Source of the DNA: Octopus vulgaris
Taxonomy: Eukaryota
Direction: 5' to 3'
DNA length: 64,000 nt
Assembly (NCBI GenBank): GCA_951406725.2
Contig: OX597816.1
Location: forward strand, 103,478,001 to 103,542,000
Part shown: in pieces, positions 50,804-64,000 of the stretch
Layout of the letters: each line of letters opens with the position of its first letter
Position numbering within the stretch: position 1 is the stretch's first letter
The notes under the pieces: generated by a model
Seen by the model: only the letters and a program-made list of their open reading frames with translations
Told to the model about the DNA's origin: nothing
Database searches by the model: none
Program-made: the position numbers and the translations under genes

Positions 50804-50854
<51 letters not shown>

Positions 50855-50876
50855 TAATAATAATAATAATAATAAT
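50697..50876. repeat. (CTA)n-(ATA)n compound microsatellite
   Basis: Directly visible; abuts the tail of a reverse SINE-B copy (50880-51062). Confidence 0.95.
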
Positions 50877-51107
50877 TTTTTCTACTATAGGCACAAGGCC
50901 TGAAATTTGACAGGAGGGGACTAGTTAATTACATCGCCCCAGTGTTTCACAGGTCCTTAATTTATCGATTCTAAAAGGATGTAAGGTGGAGTTGATCTTG
51001 GCAGAACTTAAACTGAGAAACATTTTGTACAGCCTGCTAATGATTCTGCCAGCTTGCTGCCTAGAATAATAATGATAATAATAATAATAATAATAACAAC
51101 AACAACA

Positions 51108-51630
51108 ACAAGAGCACTCAAAGAACAGAAATCTCTGCCAAGGCAACACCAATGTCCTCTCAATGATTAGCCAGAGATAATTTTTAAAATGAGAATATCT
51201 GAAATAAACTGGACTGCTCTCAAAAATGAAAATACTGAAAATGAACTCAACCATTCTCAAAAATTAAGTAAAACAGCAGGAAAAATAATCCAGAATTCTT
51301 GTCCAGTACCAGATCGATCCCAAAATCTAATCAGTCTGTGCCAGGAGGTCAAACATTCCTGAAAGTTTCATCCAAGTTCATCTAGCAGTTCTTGAGATAT
51401 TTTGCCCATGGACAAACAAACAAACACAACTGAAAACAATATCTCTGCCTTCGCTAGAGCACTCAGAGAGCACAAACCTCTGCCAAGGCAACACCAACGT
51501 CATCTCAATGATTAGCCAGAGATGATTTTAAAATGAGAATATCTGAAATAAACTTGGTTACTCTCACAAACGAGAATATTAAAAATGAACCTGATCACTC
51601 TCAAAGATTAAGTAAAAAAAAAACAGGAAA
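51108..51630 (+). mobile_element. Helentron/DINE-1-like non-autonomous element in head-to-tail tandem (345-bp period)
   Basis: Units start AGAGCACTCA...CTGCCAAGGCAACACC at 51111 and 51456. The first unit has AAAGTTTCATCCAA, an (ACAA)n microsatellite and GAAAACAATATCTCTGCCTTCGCT at its end, as in DINE/HINE architecture. Confidence 0.6.
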
Positions 51631-53114
51631 AAAAATATATATATGTATGTATGTATTTTTTTGTGTCGATGTTGGTGTGTTTATCTCCCTGTGGCTTAGC
51701 GGTCCTTTGTAAGCCTAGTACTTACTAGGCTTACAAAGAAGACCTGGGGTCGATTTCTTCAAGTAAAATCCTTTAAGGTAGTGCTCCAGCAAGGCCACAG
51801 TCAAATGGGAATAAAAGAAAACATTATGTGATGATTGATAATGAATTATTTACTAAATTACGTCATTCTTAATTTAACTCTTATTCTCACTTTTAGAATT
51901 GTTTTGACAGTTGATATAATTTAGAATATTTTGTGTAATAGTGATTCCATTGACAAGGAAGTTCCATGTTTATTGATTAGAAATTATGTTAGAATAGCCA
52001 AGCAAATGATTTCTTCATTTCATTGCCAATTTTAATGTCCAATCACAAGGTGAAGAACTCTGAGGTTCAAATAACCTCATGCTTGCTTAAGATATGCTTG
52101 TGCAGGTTGCATTAATGATACAAATTTTTGTATGTGAAAGAATTGGCTCACTTCTAATGTTATAGATATATCTATTCAACAATAATTAACATTGTTATAG
52201 AATATGACATCTTGGGTTTTAAAACACTTCACTCTAGAAATCTGATATTTTGCAATATTTTTCAAAATAAGAAGCCAATTTGCATATCATAGCAAGGTAT
52301 TATTTACAAAATGGTGGCTAAAATATCTTGTGTCAGGGTTGGTAAAAAATTATCACTGACCTAATCTTCTCCTCCTCCTCCTCCTTTCCTCATTGCTGTC
52401 ATCATTTTCACCATCATCATCATCATCATCATTATCATTATCAAGATCATTATCTTGGCCATGATTATGATTATCATTATTATCATCATTGCTTTCATTG
52501 TCATCTTCCTCCTCATCACCACCACCACCAACCACCACCATCATCATCGTCATCATCAACATCATCTATGGTCAGGCACTTGGTTGTATGTGTCATGCAG
52601 TATATTGCCTCTTATCCTGATTGTTTGTCATCTCATCTATGAAGTCCATCATACTCAGATTTAAAGTCACCATTTCCTTGCATATTTTCTTTGGACTCCT
52701 CTTATCAGAAGCACCTTCAACTGCCAGTACACAATAATACTGCCATACTAGTCACTGCTGAGAACACTTTCCTATACTAGAGGGTTATTCACTTAACCAT
52801 TGATGAAACCTTGCATAGATGTTCAACGAAAAAAAAACTATTTTTATCTTGAATAAAAACAATGAAAAGGAAAACACATACAACAATATTTAGTTGGATG
52901 CACTAGAAAACGTTAATTGCCAAGTGCAGATTGACAGTATCGTTAGCATATTCTTAAAAATACATTGCAATATTTTTTTCTGTTTTGAGTGTCAATCCTG
53001 CCAAGCTCTATCTTTTCTTGCAAGTTGTTATTTAACACCAAATCACTTCTGATCAAGAGGACTTTATCACCAGAGATGTTCCAGCCTGAACCGTTCCACC
53101 TTTTTGTATGCTGG

Positions 53115-53345
53115 GGACTTCACTGATCTGATCTCTCAGAGTAGATGGAAGACATTGAAGAGGGAGACCCAAGAAGACAAGGGGCAAAATACTGAAGGAC
53201 AACCTTGGGACACTGAACCTTTCTGATAAGATGACAAAGGACCGAGATGCCTGGCACTTTGCTGTACTCCACAGCAGAAGTGTTAAGGTCACTCACCTCG
53301 GTGACGAGGATTGGCCTGCAAGAGACCTGTGCTATTGCCATATAA
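53115..53345 (+). mobile_element. RTE LINE ORF C-terminus / 3' end fragment
   Basis: RVDGRH*RGRPKKTRGKILKDNLGTLNLSDKMTKDRDAWHFAV, homologous to the 3' part of 18705-20403. Confidence 0.75.
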
Positions 53346-53384
53346 AAAGTGCTCATGTATTGCCATATGAGAGTAACTATGAAA

Positions 53385-53421
<37 letters not shown>

Positions 53422-53861
53422 TATCTGTGTGCATGTGTGTGTCTCAGTGTATGTGTATCTTGGTGTGTATGTGTGAGTGTGTGTGCATGTGTGAGTGTGT
53501 GTGCATGTATGAGTGTGTGTGCATGTGTGAGTGTGTGTGCATGTGTTTGTATGTATGTGCATGTGTGTGTATCGTGTGTGTGCCTGTGTGTGAGTGTATT
53601 TTTGCATCTCTTCAAATTGTCAAAAATGGTGACAGTTTTATGTCTACTTCTCTGTCTTGTGTGTATGTGTGTGCTTATGCGGGTGTATGTATGTGTGTCT
53701 GTGCGTATGAGTATGCTTATGCATGGCTTCAAATTGTCAAACATAGTAACAGTATCTAATATCTCTTATAAACAATATATTCCTTGGCTTCAGTGGTTTC
53801 ATGGCATGAGAAAACCGGGAGAATAAAAGTATCTTTTATTAAAAGAATGTGTGGCTAGATA

Positions 53862-54021
53862 GGCACAACAGTGGTTGTGTGGTTGAGAAGCTTGCTTCAC
53901 AACTATGTGGTCTTGGGTTCAGTCCCACTGCATGACACCTTAGACAAATATCTAATAAAGCACCAGGGCAACTGAAGCCTTGTGAGTGGGTCTAGCAGAT
54001 GGACAATGAAGGAAGCTTGTG

Positions 54022-54092
<71 letters not shown>

Positions 54093-54342
54093 TGTATGTG
54101 TGTGTGTGGGTCTATATGCCTTTTCTTTGTGTTCTTGTTGCATTTGTCCCCAGCCATGGTTTGACAAATGTTGCTGGTCTGTTTATGTCCTCGCAACTTA
54201 GTTGTTTGACAAAGAGACCAAATAGAATAAGTATCAGGATTAAAAATTAAAAGTAAGTTCTGGGTTCAATTAGTTTAAGCTAACCATTCAAGTCACTGCT
54301 CCAGCATGGCCACAGTCCAATGACAGAAACAGATAAAAGATA
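53862..54342 (+). mobile_element. SINE family A (diverged, long internal (TG)n)
   Basis: Head GGTTGTGTGGTTGAGAAGCTTGC..GGTTCAGTCCCACTGC; tail CTCCAGCATGGCCACAGTC..GAAAC..ATAAAAGA. Confidence 0.85.
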
Positions 54343-55236
54343 CAGGGTAAGGATATACTCTCACCCAACTACCATGGAAAAAGCTGACCACTGTCATGAT
54401 AAAATTTAAGTGACTGGTTAATTTAAAGTGATATACAATTCTAACTTGATTTAAAATTTCTTTTCTTGGTAAAACTTAGTACATTCTGTCGGGAAATTAT
54501 TCTGATTCCTTTTACTCCTCTAAAAGTAATTTTATGAGTTTTGTTCAGTTTATTTTATGAGTTTTCATCTAATGTTATCAATTTTTGGAGATTTTCCTCT
54601 ATCTAACAAGTGATCTACCCACTTTGATTTCTCTTTGAATAAAACAATTTCTCCATATTTGCTGTATATATTGATAGAATTGTCCACTTTATATTGCTTT
54701 CTGATCATAATTTGAGTCCATAATAATAAACTTCTTTGTGTTGGTTTTTGAGTTGGAATGTGTTCCTCAATAATGGCAGTGCTGTCTGGGTCATTTTGGT
54801 CTTGCCAGTACCTTTGAAGAACCAAAGTTATATCTTGCTGTTCTTATCCTAGCCTCAGTGTTATCATACAGGACAGAGTTGCATTTCTCTTTTATACAGC
54901 TAGACACAACATAAGTCTCTTACACGTGCAAGAATTAGTATTTTATACTGTAAACATCATTCTGTGTTTCGAAACAAAGAATTCTAAATACAATAATACA
55001 CATTAAAGAGTCAATATATTTCTATTAAAATTTCATTTAAATGACTGGTCACCATGAAACTTGAGTAATGGTCAGAATGGCAACAAATTATGTATGTATG
55101 TATGTATGTATGTATGTATGTATGTATGTATGTATGTATGTATGTATGTATGTATGTATGTATATATATATATATATATACACATACACACATATATATA
55201 TATGCATGCACACACACACACACACACACACATATG

Positions 55237-55298
<62 letters not shown>

Positions 55299-56134
55299 AA
55301 TTTCAGGGTAGTAAAAAATTATTTAGAAATTTTAAAACACAGTGTATATTTAAACACATAAGAGATGGCCATAATAGGACATCTAATCTGCTAAAAGCAG
55401 TAGTTAAAATCCAACCACTATTAGGGGTATTTTCGAAAGGGAATGAAAAATATAAAAACATTTACCATCTTTTTCCTGGACCATGGTTTCAAGCTCTCTT
55501 CAGCAAATAAAGTAATTACTTATACCAGTGGCTAGCATGTGTAAAACAAATGTCAGTAGACTGGTGTAAATTATTATTTTTTATAAATTTTACCCTTCAT
55601 ATTTATATTTAAATATTTTAATTCTTGGGTCAGATAATTCACTGTTGAATTTACATTCACTGCCGTATTATTCTGATTTGACATGATGATTGAGGTCATT
55701 TGATTTGAATTCTTGATGTACAACGATGAAACTCAGTATACACGTGTTTCCTTTGTGTTTCGGTTTGTATTTGAGTTTTATGATTATGTGTCCCAGCAAT
55801 TCTACTGAAGATCCATATTTGGTTGATTCATCAATTGATTAATTAATTAGTTGATTTATTTAATCATTAATGGTGAAACTTCAGAGTATTGAATTAACCG
55901 ATATTTTAATTCTTCCAAATTGTCCTGCTTGCTTACAATCAAAGTGCTCTAAATGAGAATGTTTTTTCATGATTTGGGAATTCGATTGCCCTTTTTAGCA
56001 TGTAAGAAGACCACATTGTGGTCTTCTCTCCATGTATAAATTTTATAAACTCATATATATTATAAAAATATTTGTCTATTGACATTTTTTAAGCATGCTA
56101 GTCACTGGTATAAATTATAAGTTTTAATCATTTC

Positions 56135-56276
<142 letters not shown>

Positions 56277-56392
56277 CGTCAATTTATCATCTATCTGCAA
56301 AAGAAGCACAATATGTATCTCTATGTGTGTGTATGTTTATATATGTGTATACATATATGTGTGTGCAATAATATACATATATATATATATAT

Positions 56393-56788
56393 GTGGAGGT
56401 GCAATGGCCCAGTGGTTAGGGCAGCGGACTCGCGGTCATAGGATCGCGGTCATAGGATCGCGGTTTCGATTCCCAGACCGGGCGTTGTGAGTGTTTATTG
56501 AGTGAAAACGCCTAAAGCTCCACGAGGCTCCGGCAGGGATGGTGGTGATCCCTGCTGTACTCTTTCACCACAACTTTCTCTCACTCTTACTTCCTGTTTC
56601 TGTTGTACCTGTATTTCAAAGGGCCGGCCTTGTCACTCTCTGTGTCACGCTGAATATCCCCGAGAACTACGTTAAGGGTACATGTGTCTGTGGAGTGCTC
56701 AGCCACTTACACGTTTATTTCACGAGCAGGCTGTTCCGTTGATTCGGATCAACCGGAACCCTCATCGTCGTAACCAATGGAGTGCTTC
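56393..56788 (+). mobile_element. tRNA-derived SINE family C, young CpG-rich copy
   Basis: A box TGGCCCAGTGG, B box GGTTTCGATTCC, many intact CpGs. Its 3' half (GTCACGCTGAAT..GAGAACTAC..GTCTGTGGAGTGCTCAGCCAC..CACGAGCAGGCTG) recurs at about 49120-49278 and 46110-46235. Confidence 0.88.
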
Positions 56789-56794
56789 GATCCA

Positions 56795-56832
<38 letters not shown>

Positions 56833-58198
56833 TAATATTAGGGAATAAATTATTATTCCAGCCTTGCAGGTAAAATTCGGTATAATAATATTAGACCAAA
56901 TTTTGCAATATATAATATATAATATATGTATATACCTAATTTAGAGACGAACCACTATTCCACAACTTAATCAATGAATAACCCATCCAAAACTTTTCTG
57001 TGAGACATATACTATACACAATACTAATCTAAAATTTTAATAGTATATAATATTGAACTGTAAGATTATTACAATCATATAATATATAAGAGCAAGCACT
57101 TTTGAAATCACAGCAAATAACATACAAAGAAACATTCATCATAAAAATAATCTAAAATCAAATAAAATATAAATTGAACAATAAAATTAATACAATAATA
57201 TAATGTATAAAATTAAGTACTTGTACAACTACGTGCATTTCATAGCTGCATTAGGACTGTATAAAATCATATAAGTAAACTATATCCAAGTTCATTAGAA
57301 GGGAAAAATAATTTTTCTCCCAAAACAGTCACTCCTCAGGTCAAAATCCTAAAAAACCTAAAAACTAAAAGTTTAACTTACCTCATACAATAAGGAATAA
57401 AAAAATAAGGAAAAGAAAAATATATATATAAAGAAATAAAACCTGTAATGTAATCCCTAAGTTAAAGACATTAATATTATTAAAAGTTATGAACTAAAAT
57501 ATTCAAATAGAGTATTATTGTGAACATGATTAATTCATTATGGAGAAGGTAAATAAATGTAAATACGTGTTAGTGTATAAAGTTAAATAAAAACGTATGT
57601 CGATATTGTTTAGAATACATATAAAAAAACATGACTTATCTGCAGGGAAATTACTGTAGATTAAATCGAAATCAGTGTACTTTAGCATTTATACTGAAAA
57701 GTCACGTGATAAATATGGCATCCATTACTCAGAGATAAATACATATTATATTTACTATAATAATAACGAAATTTCGATAATTTGTCAGCAAAAGCGAGCA
57801 ATAGAATAAGTACTAAACTTACAAAGAATAAGTCCTGGGATCGATTTCTTTCACTAACACCCATTAAGGAGGTGGTCTGCATGGCTGCAGTCAAATGACT
57901 GACATGAGTAAAAAAGTAAAATAGTATATACATATACAGACACACACACACGCATATATATAGTGGGGGAGAGAGAGAGAGAGAGAGAGATTACATATAT
58001 GCATATTTATGGCAGAATCCTTAGCACATCAGATAAAATGCCTAACAGCATTTCTTTTGGTTCTATAAGCCCTGCGTTCAAAGACTATTGAAGTTATCTT
58101 TGCCTCTTTCATTCCTTTGGGGTTGACAAAATAAAATACTGGTCTTGGGCCCTCTGCAATCGACTGGCATATCGTTTAGGGGAATGTTGTGATTTTGA

Positions 58199-59000
58199 GG
58201 GGCTAATGCAGTTTCACATCTCTCCTTGAAAAATGCGTTTTTTGAAAAGGTTTTTTTTTCAGATTACTATGTTTTAGATGTTGGAGATTACGAATAAGCA
58301 AAAGAAAAAAAAAATCCCCCCCAACCACCACTACTCCCCACTCTCATTTAAAATTTTGAACTTTTTCAAAATTTTTCCCCTATGTTTTAGATGACGGGGA
58401 TTCCTGATATGCAAGAAACTATATTTTGAAACTTTTAAATTCAATAAGCATATAGATAGGTGTATAAAGTGATAGATATATATATGAATGTCTTCCAGGG
58501 ACTAAAAACAATAGTAACACCATCTTCTATAGGACCGCCACATTTAGTTGACAAATATTTTTTATGAATAAATGGATAGGGATAAATAGATAGACAGACA
58601 GATAAATAAATGGATGAAACAGTTCGAATTTTAAAATTGGGGGAGGGGTGAAATTTGAGGCCCTTATTAAACTTTATAACATTAATTATTAAATATTGTT
58701 TGTTTCGAATTAAATGGTGTATATTTAATTTACATTATATTATTATTTATTATTATTTAAGGCAAACAAGTAAAACGCAAATTCTTTTCGCCATTATGTT
58801 TTTGTATTTAATTTCGATATGCCTATGTTCATCAAGTCACTAAAGTAAACAAAATCAAAAATTTAAATGGTGGGGGTGAAACTAAAAAAATTCTTTTTTG
58901 CATATTCATAATCTCCGATATCTAAAACGTAGGAAACTGAAAAAAAATCTTTTAAAAAAATTGCATTTTACAAGGAGAGGTGTGAAACTACATTAGCTCC
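58199..59000. mobile_element. Merlin-like foldback MITE (about 800 bp, about 105-bp TIRs, 8-bp TSD)
   Basis: Left GGGGCTAATGCAGTTTCACATCTCTCCTTGAAAAATGC; right reverse complement GGAGCTAATGTAGTTTCACACCTCTCCTTGTAAAATGC. Flanks GATTTTGA (58191-58198) and GAGTTTGA (59001-59008). Confidence 0.85.
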
Positions 59001-59230
59001 GAGTTTGATCACTTATAGGCCATGGAAACGAAGTAACTGGCCTTATGATACCTAGAGCTCAAGAATTATATGGTGTGGATGTGTAGTAAATTGGATTGGT
59101 GATGGTTTGTTAAAGAATGATTTACCTGGATTTTTACATCTCTCACAGGTCAATTTTGTTAACCTGGTTTATTTTTCTTCATAGGAACTTATAAAGTATT
59201 TCACCTGGATCTTTAATTCTGCCTGTCATT

Positions 59231-59265
<35 letters not shown>

Positions 59266-60357
59266 TGGATGGATGGATATACATACATATACAAGTACGT
59301 TATATAAATATACACACACACCCATACACATGCACACAAACACACATACACACACACACACCATAGGTTGTATATTGTATTAGTGTTAGTGTTAGGTTAT
59401 AAGCAGAAGGTTCATGAATCATAAATACAGAACTATAAGTTTCATATCTTTGAGTCTTCATATGATTGAAGAATGAAATTTTCTGTATGAATATGCCAAA
59501 CTCTTTTAATTCATATAATTGCAAAAACCTTAATGTCTTTTTACTGATATACATATTTCTAAAGAATTAATTCATTGATCAATGGTCTCCCTTGCCAATA
59601 GTAGTGAGATAAAAAGCTATGGAAAGCTCACTAAAAATCGTTTTAAAAGAAGATTATTGCAACTTGTGTATACATTCAGATGCTCAAAATGATACTTAAC
59701 CACTTCACTATTCAAATATGGCTGGAGTTTAAAGTATAATAATATTTACTTTTAAAAAACAAATTGGTGCATTATAAAACATATGTTATTCTACATTAAT
59801 AGTCTCAGAAGCTATGATCTCTTTTCTCAACAGTGTATAACATTCTATTACATCTCTTTGTAATTTTGAACAAAAGATCAGAATTGATTAATTTTTGAAA
59901 ACTCTTTGATTGCGATTTATTGAAAATATTATATTTCCTAGTTAATGGATTTCCAATGTCCCAACAGATAGAATGTTAAAAAAATTCCAGATAATCAAGA
60001 CTATGAATTTATCAACAAAAGTTACTTTCCTATGCTCACATTTTAATGCACTTTCTAATATTTTTTAAAGATAAATCCAACCAATTATTGATGTACTGTT
60101 GTCTGTTCATATTTCAAGGTGTTTGCAAATATTCTTGGTTAGTTGCAAGCATGGATGGGTGCTTATAAAGTTTGTTTTTCAACCACATAGTTTCAGATTT
60201 GTTGCCCAACTCTGTCTGGCGCTCACTCTGTCTGACTCCCTACTCCGTCTGGCTCCCACTTTGTTACATCTTGGAGAAGTGTCTTCTATGAAAAATTTAG
60301 GATGACTTCTGCCTTCTGAATAGAATTGGTAGACAGGAACTGAGAAGATAATTTTTA

Positions 60358-60517
60358 GGTGCAGGAGTAGCTGTGTGGTATGTAGCTTGCTTACCAACCA
60401 CATGGTCCTGGGTTCATTCCCACTGCATGGCACCTTGGGCGAGTGTTTTCTACTATAGCCTCGGGCCGACCAAAGCCTTGTGAGTGGATTTGGTAGATGA
60501 AAACTGAAAGAAGCCTG

Positions 60518-60565
<48 letters not shown>

Positions 60566-60786
60566 ATATGTTTGTGTGTCTGTGTTTGTCCCCCCAGCAT
60601 TGCTTGACAACCGTTGGTGGTGTGTTTAGTTCCCCGTAACTTAGTGGTTCAGCAAAAGAGACCGATAGAATAAGTACTGGGTTTCCAAAGAATAAGTCCT
60701 GGGGTCGATTTGCTCAACTAAAGGCAGTGCTCCAGCATGGCCACAGTCAAATAACTGAAGCAAGTAAAAGAGTAAAAGAGTAAAGG
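60358..60786 (+). mobile_element. SINE family A nested in an older RTE-tailed SINE (60146-60350 plus 60787-60890)
   Basis: Full family-A copy. The upstream flank is a decayed family-A head and the downstream flank is the CATGGAAAAAAGACATAAAA..ATGATGATG tail. Confidence 0.85.
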
Positions 60787-62586
60787 ATTGTTCATAAGAA
60801 GAGTATTTGGTCATAGAAAATCTGCTTTATCAAATTTCTTACCCTATGCCTTCATGGAAAAAAGACATAAAAACCAATGATGATGATGATGATTCTGACG
60901 ATGATAACAACGAGGATGTACAGAAAGAAATAGGTAAACGTTTTCACAATACTAATGTTCATAATACACATCAGTCAAAGGAAGAAAGTTTTTGATCAGG
61001 TACTATTTCTGCAACTGGGCAAAACCTCGTCACTCTAATATGTGATGTCTTGCAAACAACATCAGATTAAATTAAAGTTTCTGTAGCAATAATATTAATC
61101 ACAAAGAAAAACAAACAAACAAAAGTTAAAATATGATGACAATGATATAAAGAAGGTGTAATATGCTTTAGGTTACAGTTGCTGCTTCTGTTATTGTTTA
61201 GCCTCAGTTAAACTCCAATAAAGCAGGCCTATGATCAATAGTGTTTTAGTTGTGTCAATTCTCTCTGATTTTAGGAGGTATCAAGGATTTTATTGTCTAA
61301 CATGTCATTTTTTTTTGTTTTGTTTTTTTTTGTCTTAGATGATAAGGTGAGATTTGAGGAAGACTTGACTGCTATTTCTTGCATGTAGAAGTTCTCTCTT
61401 GGTATGAATGATGAAGATAATGATGGCAATGATGATGATGATGATGATGATGAAGAGAGAACACTAGTGCCACAATGACAACACTGTAACAATATAAGAA
61501 CAACACACAAAGACAACACAATAACACAATAACATCAATGATGATAATGCACAATAACAGCACAACAACAGAACTACAACAACAACAACATTCATGGTGG
61601 TGTTGATGATGATAATAACGATGGTAATGATGATGATGACGATAACGACGACGACGACGATGACGACGATGATGATGAGGAGGAGGAGTAGGAAATCCAA
61701 ATCTCATAATAGTATCTAACAAAACGGACGCCATCTATAGTGTTATATATTCTATGTTTGAAATGTAAAAAAAAAAAAATGGAATTGTCAGCCCTAAAAA
61801 GACTATTATGAAAGGAATGCATGATTAAATATGACCTTCAGTTAAATAGCAACAACAATAACAAGAGAAACAGCACCAACTTCAAATTTTCAAACATGTT
61901 CTTTGAATTTAAAGAATTGGATCGTGCAGGCTAGGAACAAAGTTAAGGAGTAGAAGAATATCTAAAAGGGCTACAATGGCTTTGAACCCAGCTGCTTGAA
62001 TTAATTTTCAGTTAGAAACTGAATAAAATTGAGCTACTCATTAAAATATAAGGACATTTAACATTTGTTACCAAATGTCTGTTTATTTCTGCCATGGTGA
62101 AAGAATTCTATTGTTAGTTGGTAGCTGTAGAAAAGATATTCGCTCGTGAAATGTCTTTACTCCTCCTTTTTGATGGATGTCCTCATCATTATCAGCATCG
62201 TCGCCGTCATTGTCGTCATCGTCATTGGCATCGTCACCGTCGTTGTCGTTATCATCATCATTGACATCAACATTGTTGTCATTACCGTAATCATTGTCAT
62301 CAATATCCTCCTCACCTTCCTCCTCCTCCTCCTCCTCATCATCATCATCATCATCATCACCATCTATATTTAACTATCTTGTCTGCTACAGGCCATACAC
62401 ATTTCTCCTGTGTTTTAAAAAGCTGTTCAGTCGGTAGGTTTGTGGTCATAGAAACTGCATATGAAAGTACATATCTGAGTATACACACATGCATGCACGC
62501 ACGCACACATACATACACACATGCATACACATACTCATACACATACATGTAAACACACACATGTGCACACACATACACATACATGT

Positions 62587-62617
<31 letters not shown>

Positions 62618-62950
62618 TCGGTGGCATAATTGATTAAATAAAAGTTTAAAGAATGGGAGAAAAATTCCTTCTTGGAAGTGAAGACAAAAATGAACATAGA
62701 TGCTGATTAATTGAAAGCAGTTAATGAAGAAGGTAATGATTATATTTTTTAACCCTTGTTGGTCTTGAGTTTATTCCTTTTTATGTAATGAATTAAGAAA
62801 AAATGCAGAAATGGAACAAATTGCATTGATCCCATTCAGAAAGATAATTTGATGAAAAATAATGAAAATAACTAAATAAGTGTAGTGGAGGGAAGTTCAT
62901 TAATTATCCAAGATCCTATTTTATTGAAATTCCCTTACCTAGTATTTACT

Positions 62951-63221
62951 CATTACTCTTACTCATTTACTTGTTTCAGTCATTTGACTGTGGCCATGCT
63001 GGAGCACCGCCTTTAGTCGAGCAAATCAACCCCAGGACTTATTCTTTGTAAGCCTAGTACTTATTCTATTGGTCTCTTTTGCTGAACTGCTAAGTTACGG
63101 GGAAGTAAACACACCAGCCTTGGTTGTCAAGCGATGTTGTGGGGACAAAGACAGACACACAAACGTATACACACGCACACACACATACATACATACATAC
63201 ATACATACATACATACATACA

Positions 63222-63271
<50 letters not shown>

Positions 63272-63307
63272 CATAGACACACACATATATGCATATATAT
63301 GACAGGC
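62951..63307 (-). mobile_element. SINE family A 3' part (reverse)
   Basis: Reverse complement of the family-A tail (TTTACTTGTTTCAGTCATTTGACTGTGGCCATGCTGGAGCACCGCC) with internal (CATA)n/(TA)n. Confidence 0.9.
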
Positions 63308-63550
63308 ATTTTGAGATGGATCTGACTTGATGGTGGCTTTCAGTTTGTCATTGTCCACCTTTGTTTCTGGTCGACTGTGTTGCTCATTTGTGAGGCCAAA
63401 GTTACCAGAATGAAATTTTGCAAACCAATTTGATACTGCCTGCTGTGTAATAACTTTAGAATGAAATATTCCATTAATATTCTGAGCTACCTGTGATGCT
63501 GTATTTCCAAGAAAGAACTCATATTCAAATTTCCAACTTACCTATCTCTA
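63308..63550 (-). mobile_element. Mariner transposase N-terminal (HTH) fragment, Hsmar1/cecropia-like
   Basis: Minus strand YEFFLGNTASQVAQNINGIF...VSNWFAKFHSGNFGLTNEQHSRPETKVDNDKLKATIKSDPSQ. Confidence 0.85.
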
Positions 63551-63604
63551 AACAAAAATAGCAAAAAACGATTTATAAATACTTTATAAAGCACAAAATG
63601 AGTA

Positions 63605-64000
63605 TAGTGGGCGCTTTTTATGTGCCACCAGCACAAGAGCCAGTCAGGTAGGCCTAGCATCGATCACGTTCAGATAGTGTTTTTTACATGCCACCGACAT
63701 GGGAGCCACTCACTGGGTACTGGCATCAGCCTCAAACGGATGATGCATTTTACATCCCACCGGAACGGGAGCCAGTAACGGGGCACTAGCCATAGCTACG
63801 ATTTTGGTTTTACTTGACTCAACAGGTTTTCTTAAGCATATCATATCATATCACCTGATGCACCAGGGGTACTCTTAAATGGGCCAGACATACAACACTG
63901 GCATCAGCTATGGCTGTGATCTCACTTTAGTTGCTGGGTCTTTTCAATCACAGCATATCTCCAAAGGTCTTGGTCTCCTGTCATTGCTCCTATGAAGCCC
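63605..64000 (-). mobile_element. RTE LINE 3' end (reverse), runs off the window
   Basis: Reverse complement of GACCAAGACCTTTGGAGATATGCTGTG (as at about 19757-19781) and of the 3' UTR tandem units. Confidence 0.85.

Noticed and set aside
54565-54825. 86-aa minus-strand ORF in unique-looking sequence
   Set aside because: No recognisable motif or convincing splice boundaries; length within chance expectation.

Overview
AT-rich eukaryotic, largely non-coding DNA, almost certainly from a cephalopod (Octopus-like). This is inferred from the SINE families, RTE LINEs and microsatellite load, not from a database search. No intact protein-coding gene is recognisable, and nearly all listed ORFs are microsatellite or transposon artefacts. 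The window is a mosaic of decayed mobile elements: RTE LINEs, a Dong/R4-type LINE tail sitting in (TAA)n, CR1/L2 scraps, a Gypsy gag-PR-RT remnant, a near full-length mariner plus two mariner fragments, hAT/piggyBac/Merlin-like MITEs, a Helentron/DINE-like tandem, and at least four tRNA-derived SINE families. The most interesting signals are: (i) a tRNA-headed SINE ending in a minimal hammerhead-ribozyme motif (49612-49890, minus), with a second hammerhead-like motif at 6283-6318; (ii) a 50-bp RNA hairpin at 8101-8213; (iii) a CpG-retaining, repeat-poor block at about 0.5-4.6 kb with a CTCF-like motif and candidate minus-strand coding exons (882-947, 2996-3162); (iv) a Merlin-like foldback MITE with an 8-bp TSD. 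All coordinates were read by eye; element ends are approximate unless TIRs or TSDs are quoted.
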